From: Candidatus Fermentibacteraceae bacterium
GTDB taxonomy: Bacteria; Fermentibacterota; Fermentibacteria; Fermentibacterales; JCC-6
Reading direction: 5' to 3'
DNA length: 64,000 nucleotides
Assembly: GCA_041750285.1 (NCBI GenBank)
Contig: JBGSZS010000011.1
Span: 32,001-96,000, forward strand
How positions within the stretch are numbered: position 1 is the first letter of the stretch; the number at the start of each line of letters is the position of its first letter. Both the position numbers and the translations under genes were made by a program. This document shows, piece after piece, positions 1 through 7,571 of the stretch. Below the pieces are notes generated by a model that worked only from the letters and a program-made list of their open reading frames with translations, made no database searches and was not told where the DNA came from.

Positions 1-1
1 G

Positions 2-838
2 CAGGTCATGATCATGGGGGGGAGGGGCTGCCCCAACCGCTGCACCTTCTGCGTTTTTCCGCAGACGCTAACGGGGCATGTTTTCAGGGCGCGCTCGCCG
101 GTGAACATCGTGGACGAGGTGGAGTGGGTCGCGGCGCACATGCCCGAAGTCCGGGCGGTCTTCTTCGAGGATGACACCATGACCGCCGACCGCGAACGTC
201 TCGCGGCCATCGCCAGGGAATTGATCCAGCGCAGGGTCAATCTGAGCTGGTCCTGCAACATGCGTGCCGACATGGACTTCGATACCCTTCTTCTGTGCAG
301 GAAGGCGGGTCTCAGAACGGTGTGCGTGGGGTTCGAGAGCGGAAGCGACATGATACTTGCGGCGATGGGTAAAAACCTCACCACGGCACGAATGCGCAGG
401 TTCGCCTCGGATTGCCGCAGGGCTCATGTAAGGGTTCACGGCTGCTTCATGGTGGGCACCAGGGGTGAAACCCGGGCCACCATGGAGGAGACCCTTGCGT
501 TCGCCCTGGAACTGAACCCCGACACGGCGCAGTTCTACCCGCTGATGGTCTACCCCGGAACAACGGCCTACAGGCTGGCCTGCGAGGATGGATGCATCGT
601 CCCGGCATCCTTCCGGGACTGGCTCAAACCCGACGGCACGCACAACTGCGTGGTCAGGACCGCGGAGCTTTCCCCCGCCGAACTCGTTGAATTCTGTGAC
701 CGGGCCAGAAGGAAATTCTACCTGAGACCCCGGTATCTGGCGGGCAAGTTTCTGCGAACCGTCGGAGACAGTGACGAGAGACGAAGCGTGCTGCTGGCCT
801 TTCGCACGTTCCGCCGGCACATGCTGCGAAGGCGCTGA
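2..838 (+). CDS. B12-binding-class radical SAM protein (HpnJ-like), 5'-truncated by the window edge
   Basis: GRGCPNRCTFC CxxxCxxC motif, FFEDD, VGFESG and YPGT motifs; frame is open to the window start. Confidence 0.85.
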   Translation, partial: QVMIMGGRGCPNRCTFCVFPQTLTGHVFRARSPVNIVDEVEWVAAHMPEVRAVFFEDDTMTADRERLAAIARELIQRRVNLSWSCNMRADMDFDTLLLCRKAGLRTVCVGFESGSDMILAAMGKNLTTARMRRFASDCRRAHVRVHGCFMVGTRGETRATMEETLAFALELNPDTAQFYPLMVYPGTTAYRLACEDGCIVPASFRDWLKPDGTHNCVVRTAELSPAELVEFCDRARRKFYLRPRYLAGKFLRTVGDSDERRSVLLAFRTFRRHMLRRR

Positions 839-1800
839 TGGAGCTGGTATCGGTCGTCGTTCCATTCCACGGGCCCACCGGGCCGCTGCTGCGCTGTCTC
901 GAATCTCTGGCCTGCCAGACCATCAGGTCTTCGCTTGAGATAGTCCTCAGTGTGGACGGTCCCGTCTGCCCGGAAGAGGCCTCCGGTCTTGCCGATGCAG
1001 TCGTTACAAGCCCCGAGAGGACTGGCCCTGCAGGGGCGAGGAACCGGGGCTGGAGGGCATCGGGGGGAAGCTGCATCCTTTTTACCGATTCCGATTGCGT
1101 CCCTTTGCCGGACTGGGCCGGGAAAATGGCGGCCCCCCTTTTCGGGGGCTGGCAGGCGTCGAAGGGCGTGTACACGGCTGGCGGCACTCACAACATACAG
1201 CGGCTTGCCCAGATAGAATTCCAGGAACGGTACCGGATAATGGGAAAGGCCAGGGAAGTCACCATTGCCGACACCTATTCCGCAGGCTTCACGAGGGAGA
1301 GCCTGGAATCACTGGGCGGATTCGATGAAACCTTTCCCGTGCCGGACCATGAGGATGTCGACCTCTCCTGGAGGCTTCTGGAGAAGGGGGGACGGATCCG
1401 CTTCGTTCCGGACGCGGGAGTGGCCCATACCCACAGACCGGGCTGGGTTGCATACTTCAGGCTCAAGATGAGCAGGGGCAGGTGGCGTTTGAAGGTTCTG
1501 AGAAAGTTCCCCTCCATGGCGCGCAGTGATGGGTACACACCCCAGACTATGAAGGTTCAGATGCTTCTGGCACCTCTTCTACCTCCGGCCCTCGCTGCCG
1601 GGCTGGTCACACCGCTGATACCGCTGGCATGGCTCGGGGTCTTCCTTGTGTTCTGCGTACCCATAATGCTGACCGCCATGTCGTTCGATCCGGCCATGAC
1701 CCCCCTGGTCCCCGTTTTCTGCTGGTGGCGGGGAACAGCCCTGTTCACGGGGCTCTTAAACGGCCTTTTGAGGGGAGGATCGAGCTGTTCGCCCCGGTGA
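838..1800 (+). CDS. Glycosyltransferase family 2 with C-terminal membrane helices
   Basis: VSVVVP, GPAGARNRG, FTDSDC (DxD), GGFDE and EDVDL motifs; TGATG overlap with upstream gene. Confidence 0.9.
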   Translation: MELVSVVVPFHGPTGPLLRCLESLACQTIRSSLEIVLSVDGPVCPEEASGLADAVVTSPERTGPAGARNRGWRASGGSCILFTDSDCVPLPDWAGKMAAPLFGGWQASKGVYTAGGTHNIQRLAQIEFQERYRIMGKAREVTIADTYSAGFTRESLESLGGFDETFPVPDHEDVDLSWRLLEKGGRIRFVPDAGVAHTHRPGWVAYFRLKMSRGRWRLKVLRKFPSMARSDGYTPQTMKVQMLLAPLLPPALAAGLVTPLIPLAWLGVFLVFCVPIMLTAMSFDPAMTPLVPVFCWWRGTALFTGLLNGLLRGGSSCSPR

Positions 1801-3176
1801 GGAAATCGGATCGTGCCTTCATAATGGGGCAGATCGTCGCCGACCTTGTTTCGGTGCCCGTGGCGGTCCTCGTCACATGGTACATCAGGGCGGTTGTCAT
1901 AGCACCCCTCCTTCCACGCTTCGATCATCCCGTTGCCGTTTACCTCCCCGTTATTCCCTGGGTCGCCCTGATCTGGATAGCGTGTTTCCAGGGCGCAGAG
2001 CTCTACCGCCCAAGCAGACGCGCCAACGGGATCACCTCGCTCACCAGGCACATCAAGGCCTACCTGATGCTGGCGGTCTTTCTGATGGCGGCGAGCTATC
2101 TCGTCAAGATGGACTATTCCCGTGTCATCCTCTTCCTTTTCATCGTCGTCGCGTGGCCGCTGGACAGCATCGCCAGGAAAGCCGCTGCATGGTTCACCGG
2201 ACGGCTCGTCCCCGTTAAGGAGGCCCCGGGCGTGCTGGTCGTAGGTTCCGGTGAGTACGCCGAAAAGGTGATCGCCTCGCTCATGCGCATGCCCGAACCG
2301 AAACACGTGATGGCGGGTGTTCTGGTGGAGGATGAGAAACACTCGGTGACAGCAATCGGCGGCGTTCCCGTCCGTGGGACCATCCGCGACCTGCCCCGCC
2401 TTGTGGGCAGCATGAAGGTCGACGAGGTTGTCTTTGCAAGTTCGAGCCTTGGCAGGACCGAACTGATGGAAGCGATAAACTCGGTCAAGACCGACGACGT
2501 GGTCTTCATGGTGGTGACCGACCTCTTCCAGATCGCCTCGGGCGCGGGCAGCCTGGAAGAACTCACAAGGATGCCCGTGGTGGAGATCGGCTCGGCCCGC
2601 ACCGGCAGCTATCACCGGGCGGCCAAGCGCCTTCTCGACCTGTGCCTTTCCGCCTTCCTGATAGTCGCACTGTCCCCGCTGATGGCTGTCGTCTGGCTTC
2701 TGCTGCTCGTGCAGGGAAAGGGTGATCCCGTTTTCAAGCAGAAGAGGGTGGGCAGGAATGGAGCGCCCTTCACACTTTACAAGTTCAGGACCATGAAACC
2801 CCAGACCGGGGAGTACGAGGTCGCCCCTCTCGAACCGGGCGACTCCAGGATAACCCCTGTTGGAAGGCTTCTCAGAAGGACCAGTCTCGATGAGCTTCCG
2901 CAGCTCTTCAACGTTCTCAACGGCAGCATGAGCCTTGTGGGTCCCCGTCCCGAGATGGATTTCATCGTGCGGGACTACAATGCCTGGCAGCGAAGAAGGC
3001 TGGACGTGAAACCCGGGATAACCGGCCTGTGGCAGGTCATGGGGAGAAAGGACCTTCCCCTGCACGACAACCTCGAATTCGATTTCTACTACATACGCAA
3101 CCAGTCGCTCATGCTCGACATCGCAATTCTCATCCGTACCGTGTACACCGTCCTGGCGGGAAGGGGGGCCTACTGA
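1797..3176 (+). CDS. Polyprenyl-phosphate glycosylphosphotransferase (WcaJ/WbaP family)
   Basis: N-terminal TM helices, CoA-binding-like domain, [33 protein letters not shown] and KPGITG motifs; GTG start overlapping upstream TGA chosen over the 1629 track start. Confidence 0.9.
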   Translation: MRKSDRAFIMGQIVADLVSVPVAVLVTWYIRAVVIAPLLPRFDHPVAVYLPVIPWVALIWIACFQGAELYRPSRRANGITSLTRHIKAYLMLAVFLMAASYLVKMDYSRVILFLFIVVAWPLDSIARKAAAWFTGRLVPVKEAPGVLVVGSGEYAEKVIASLMRMPEPKHVMAGVLVEDEKHSVTAIGGVPVRGTIRDLPRLVGSMKVDEVVFASSSLGRTELMEAINSVKTDDVVFMVVTDLFQIASGAGSLEELTRMPVVEIGSARTGSYHRAAKRLLDLCLSAFLIVALSPLMAVVWLLLLVQGKGDPVFKQKRVGRNGAPFTLYKFRTMKPQTGEYEVAPLEPGDSRITPVGRLLRRTSLDELPQLFNVLNGSMSLVGPRPEMDFIVRDYNAWQRRRLDVKPGITGLWQVMGRKDLPLHDNLEFDFYYIRNQSLMLDIAILIRTVYTVLAGRGAY

Positions 3177-3910
3177 TGCCGTTCCCGCTTCTTTTTGCCC
3201 TGCTTTCCTTCCTGCCTCCGTCCATCATGGGAAGGGGTGTTCATCCCGCCGCATGGGCATCGTCAGCCCTCGAGCTGTTCGATGCGCCCGCCGGGCTTTC
3301 GAGGCTTGTGGGCCCCGGGACGGGCGGCTGGGTGCGAAGCTATCGGGACGGCCCTGGAGAGATCGGAGTCTTCGGCGGCCTTCCGTTGCCGGGTGACAGG
3401 TTTTCGGCCGGGGCTCTCGTGTCGGTCGACACTGAAATCGACGACTTCGAGTTCGCCCTTGGCGGATCGTGGGTCGTTACCGGTGATCCCATCGGGTTCA
3501 TGGAGGGTCTTTTCGGCCCCAGCATAGTCCTCGGCTGTTCCGGAGGGGCCATCGACCCGGGAGAAGGCCTTGAACCTTTTGCCACCGCTTCACTTCAATT
3601 CTCCATGTTCCCTTCCTTCGCGCTGGGCGCCGCCTCGACCTGGAGCGCCGACGCCAGACCCCGTATGAGTCTTGGTTTCACGCATGTATTCAACAGGGCA
3701 TTCACACTCAACGCCGGCTTCACCCCTGAAAGCCCCGAGATCGGCGCAGTACTGCGGATATCGCCCGACCTCTCCTTCACCGCCGGAACCGGCGGGAAGG
3801 ACTGGCATTCAGGGGTCCTTCTCGATGCAGGACCCTTCCGTGTCGACCTGTCCGTTGTATTTGACGGAGGCGACGCCGAAGGCGGCGCCGGACTCGACTG
3901 GAGGCTCTGA
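3176..3910 (+). CDS. Probable outer-membrane beta-barrel protein, PorV/PorQ-like N-terminal motif
   Basis: Hydrophobic N-terminus, MGRG...APAGLSRL segment, alternating Gly/aromatic strands, ends GAGLDWRL; TGATG coupling. Confidence 0.5.
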   Translation: MPFPLLFALLSFLPPSIMGRGVHPAAWASSALELFDAPAGLSRLVGPGTGGWVRSYRDGPGEIGVFGGLPLPGDRFSAGALVSVDTEIDDFEFALGGSWVVTGDPIGFMEGLFGPSIVLGCSGGAIDPGEGLEPFATASLQFSMFPSFALGAASTWSADARPRMSLGFTHVFNRAFTLNAGFTPESPEIGAVLRISPDLSFTAGTGGKDWHSGVLLDAGPFRVDLSVVFDGGDAEGGAGLDWRL

Positions 3911-5079
3911 TGGGGATCCATGTCCTTGTCCTTTTTCTCGTTCTGCAGCCCGCAACAGGGGAGGGCGGTTTCAATGCCGGGGCAGGGCTCTTCACTTACG
4001 GCGGTGCAGATCTTGATTCGGGGCTCAACACACTGGGAATCGACAGCCTTCTTCTCCTTCCCTCCGTTTCCCTTTTCGGCGAGGGCTACAGGATGAATGT
4101 CGTCGCGCAGGCTTCGCCGGTCCATGAAGCGAACGGTTTCAAGGTTCTTCATGCCTCCGGTGGCCTCAGACTTCCCGGATCGCCGTGGATTGGCACCGAG
4201 GCAGCCCATGGTGCCGACAGCCCGTTCCTCTTCAGCCTTGACCGCCCCTGGCTCGAACGGGACAATTCCGCCCGCGACAGCCTTCTGTACGCGGCGGTCG
4301 AGGGCGGGGGCATTCTTGGCTTCGATGGCCACTTCAGGGCTTACCGGGAAGGAACGGCGGATACGTTGGTCTGGGCCGGAATAAGGTCTCCCTGGCTCGG
4401 TTTCGCCCAGGTCTGGTGGGACGGATTCAGGGGGCCGGTCGAGATGAACGCTCTCGGAGGCCTGGTCCGACTTGCCGACTTCGTTCCCTGGTTCAGTTTC
4501 ATCGATTCGTCGGGCGCCGTCAGCGGCGACGCGGAGTTGAGGGGCGACTGGGCCAGGCTTCCCGCCTCTCTCTCGCTGGTCCCATGGATGCACTACTCCG
4601 ACGATGACAGCACGCAGGCCGGCCTGAAGGTTCACTTCTCAGGGGGTCCCGCGGCCCATTCGGGTGTACTGAGGCTCGGCTTCCCCGTTCAGGATGAAGG
4701 CTCCTTTTCGGCCATGCTCAGATATTCCATGCAGAGCGCTGCCGGCATCCACTGGAGCACCGGGGCCGATGCTTCGGGGGAAGGCGATTGGGAAGGCTTC
4801 GTCATTGGTGAGTACAGGGCGTCACCAGCCGGCTTCGGCATGGGTGTCTCCGCCTCGCAGGACAGTGTCAGGGTCACGGGCAGATCGACATATTCCCCCG
4901 TGCCTTCCGTGTCGGCATCACTGGAGCTGTCTTCCGATGTTTTCTCCGGGAGCGCCGATCCTTCCGGCACGATCATGGTTTCGGCTTTCAGGGGACCGGT
5001 CCGGGCCCTGCTGGGGTACTTCTGGAGTGAGGGAACATCTCTCTTCACAGTGGAACTGGGAGGTTGGCTGGGCATATGA
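3910..5079 (+). CDS. Hypothetical exported protein, probable outer-membrane beta-barrel
   Basis: Signal-peptide-like start, Gly/Ser/aromatic-rich amphipathic strands; overlaps neighbours at both ends. Confidence 0.5.
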   Translation: MGIHVLVLFLVLQPATGEGGFNAGAGLFTYGGADLDSGLNTLGIDSLLLLPSVSLFGEGYRMNVVAQASPVHEANGFKVLHASGGLRLPGSPWIGTEAAHGADSPFLFSLDRPWLERDNSARDSLLYAAVEGGGILGFDGHFRAYREGTADTLVWAGIRSPWLGFAQVWWDGFRGPVEMNALGGLVRLADFVPWFSFIDSSGAVSGDAELRGDWARLPASLSLVPWMHYSDDDSTQAGLKVHFSGGPAAHSGVLRLGFPVQDEGSFSAMLRYSMQSAAGIHWSTGADASGEGDWEGFVIGEYRASPAGFGMGVSASQDSVRVTGRSTYSPVPSVSASLELSSDVFSGSADPSGTIMVSAFRGPVRALLGYFWSEGTSLFTVELGGWLGI

Positions 5080-5438
5080 GACCGCTTGCGTTCGTCTGCG
5101 CCCTGATGTGCGGCTGCAGCGCCCTGACACCCGTCCCCAGAAGCAATGATAGCGCCGGACTTCACCTTTCGTATCCGGGTGCATCAAGGGTTCAGGTCAT
5201 CTCGGACTGGAACCTCTGGGGAGGTGCCGAAGGCCCTGCGCGTCGATTCGAACCCATGACGGGGGAAATGACCGACGGGGGAGGCGGCGAGTGGTTCCTT
5301 CCATTACCGTCGGGACTTCCCCGTGGAATGTACCGTTACGCGTTTCTCGTCGACGGATACAGGCTGCTTTCGGATCCCATGTGTTCCGAAAGGGGTTCCT
5401 GGAACGGCCATGAGGTTTCCGTGCTGGAGGTCAGGTAG
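5076..5438 (+). CDS. Lipoprotein with CBM48/AMPK-beta-like glycogen-binding domain
   Basis: Lipobox-like MCGC, A.RVQVISDWNLW, W.LPLP.G.YRYAFLVDG...DP motif; ATGA overlap. Confidence 0.75.
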   Translation: MRPLAFVCALMCGCSALTPVPRSNDSAGLHLSYPGASRVQVISDWNLWGGAEGPARRFEPMTGEMTDGGGGEWFLPLPSGLPRGMYRYAFLVDGYRLLSDPMCSERGSWNGHEVSVLEVR

Positions 5439-5439
5439 T

Positions 5440-6486
5440 TTGGCATCGGTGGCCTTCGAACGTGTCTCCAAAACCTTCGATGACGGCCCGCCTGCGCTCT
5501 CGGACGTTTCACTCGAAGTGGGCGACGGCGAATTCCTCGTCCTCGTCGGCCCCAGCGGATGCGGGAAGTCAACACTGCTCCGGATACTGGCGGGACTCAC
5601 CGAACCCACTTCCGGCACCGTCAGGATCGGCGGTCGCGATGTCACCCTCGATCCTCCCGGCGGCAGGAACATCGCCATGGTGTTTCAGAACTACGCTCTG
5701 TACCCCCACATGAGCGTTTTCGACAACCTTGCCTTCGGGCTTCGGATGCGCAGGACGCCCCGCACCGAGATAGACCGTCTGGTGCGGAACTCGGCAGACG
5801 TCCTCGGGATAACCGAACTGCTGGGCAGGAAACCCAGGGAGCTCTCCGGGGGACAGAAGCAGAGAGTCGCGCTTGGCAGGGCCATCGTCAGGCAGCCCCA
5901 GGTCTTTCTTTTCGATGAGCCCCTCTCGAATCTCGACGCCGGGCTGAGGGTCAGCATGCGGAACGAGCTGGCGGCGCTTCACAGAAGGCTTTCGACAACA
6001 GTGATCTACGTGACCCACGACCAGTCCGAGGCCATGACCCTCGGAGACCGGATCGCCGTGCTCGACCACGGAGTGGTTCAACAGGTCGCGCCTCCCCTCA
6101 GTCTTTACCGTGATCCGGCCAACATGTTCGTGGCAGGGTTCATTGGAAGTCCCTCGATCAACCTGATCCCGGGGAGGGTCGAGAACGGCGTGTGCCGCAT
6201 TGCAGGAGGAGCCGTGCCATCCAGGGGCATTCCTGACGGTGAGTGCTTCCTCGGGGTCAGACCCGAGCACCTGACGCCGGATCCGGCGGGCGATCTCAGG
6301 GGAACGCTCGAGTTCGTCGAAACCCTGGGAAACGAGATCATCCAACATGTATCGATAGGGGGAACGACCTTCGTGAGCCGCAGCGAGCCGGACACCGCCG
6401 GCGTGGCGGGCGAGACGGTGTCCTTCTCTTTGAACCCCCTCCGTTGTATCTTCTTCGGAACTGACGGAATGAGGATCAACCCGTGA
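5440..6486 (+). CDS. Sugar ABC transporter ATP-binding protein (MalK/UgpC/MsmX family)
   Basis: GPSGCGKS, FQNYALYPHM, LSGGQKQR, FDEPLSNLD, YVTHDQ and C-terminal TOBE domain; TTG start after GGAGG. Confidence 0.95.
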   Translation: MASVAFERVSKTFDDGPPALSDVSLEVGDGEFLVLVGPSGCGKSTLLRILAGLTEPTSGTVRIGGRDVTLDPPGGRNIAMVFQNYALYPHMSVFDNLAFGLRMRRTPRTEIDRLVRNSADVLGITELLGRKPRELSGGQKQRVALGRAIVRQPQVFLFDEPLSNLDAGLRVSMRNELAALHRRLSTTVIYVTHDQSEAMTLGDRIAVLDHGVVQQVAPPLSLYRDPANMFVAGFIGSPSINLIPGRVENGVCRIAGGAVPSRGIPDGECFLGVRPEHLTPDPAGDLRGTLEFVETLGNEIIQHVSIGGTTFVSRSEPDTAGVAGETVSFSLNPLRCIFFGTDGMRINP

Positions 6487-7571
6487 CAATGCTGCCCGTT
6501 TTCACCGCCCTGACCGGGGCGTTTCTTGTGTCGGCCGTGATGACGCCCATCGCGCGCAGGCTCGCCCTCAGGATGAACTTCGTGGACAGGCCCGGCAAGG
6601 AACAGAAGGGGCACCTGAAACCAACACCCCTTCTCGGTGGAGCGGCCCTGTTCATTTCATTCGCTGTCGTGGTAGGCGCCGGTCATCTGGCGTGGCCCGA
6701 ACTGACCGAGGGCATAGTGAGCGACACTCCCCTCGACTGGAGCTCGCTTTCGGTGATGATGATCATCGGCGCCACTCTCATGCTTCTCACCGGGCTTCTC
6801 GACGATATCATAGGGATGTCTCCGGGAATGAAGCTGTTGTTCCACACGATCACCGCCCTGCTGGTGGGCATCTACTTCGTCGTGGAAGGGGCCAGCGTGA
6901 GCCTGTTCCTTTCCGGCTCCGGCCTTTCCCTGCTTGCCGCTCCCGTAACCCTTCTCTGGCTGGTGGGGATAACTAACTCCGTGAACCTGCTCGACCACTC
7001 CGACGGCTCCTGTGCCGGGATATCGGCCATTTCCGCCCTTTTCTTCACCGTCGTCAACGTGCTTCACGGCAACGCCGCCGTGGCGTTCCTAGCGGCCAGC
7101 CTTGCCGGGGCCTCACTTGGTTTCCTGCTCTACAACTTCCCGCCCGCCAGGATCTTCATGGGCGACGGGGGCAGCAATCTTCTGGGCTTCATGCTCGCGG
7201 TCATAGCCGTTCTCGGGGTGTACACGCCCGAAGGCTCCATCCGCGAGCTTGCCGTCTTTTCACCACTGCTAATCCTCGCCGTTCCCATTCTGGACACTCT
7301 TCTGGTGATGATCTACAGGAAGAGGAAGGGTGCGCCTCTGATGAAGGGTGACCGCAACCACCTGACCCACAGGCTTACACGCCTGGGTCTCACCCTGAGG
7401 GAGTCGATCCTCCTGCTCTACCTTCTGGGAATACTGATGGGCATCCTGGCCCTCCTCCTTCCCACGCTCAGGCCGTATCAGGCCATTCTGCTGTTCTTTC
7501 ACGCCCTGGGCCTGCTGGGGCTTCTGGCCTTTTTGCTTCAGAAGGGCGAGTCAAGAAAGGTGGAGAGGTGA
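6483..7571 (+). CDS. MraY/WecA/TagO family undecaprenyl-phosphate GlcNAc-1-phosphate transferase
   Basis: TPLLGG, GLLDD, NSVNLLD.SDG, YNFPPARIFMGDGGS and DRNHLTHRL motifs; multi-TM. Confidence 0.9.
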   Translation: MTMLPVFTALTGAFLVSAVMTPIARRLALRMNFVDRPGKEQKGHLKPTPLLGGAALFISFAVVVGAGHLAWPELTEGIVSDTPLDWSSLSVMMIIGATLMLLTGLLDDIIGMSPGMKLLFHTITALLVGIYFVVEGASVSLFLSGSGLSLLAAPVTLLWLVGITNSVNLLDHSDGSCAGISAISALFFTVVNVLHGNAAVAFLAASLAGASLGFLLYNFPPARIFMGDGGSNLLGFMLAVIAVLGVYTPEGSIRELAVFSPLLILAVPILDTLLVMIYRKRKGAPLMKGDRNHLTHRLTRLGLTLRESILLLYLLGILMGILALLLPTLRPYQAILLFFHALGLLGLLAFLLQKGESRKVER

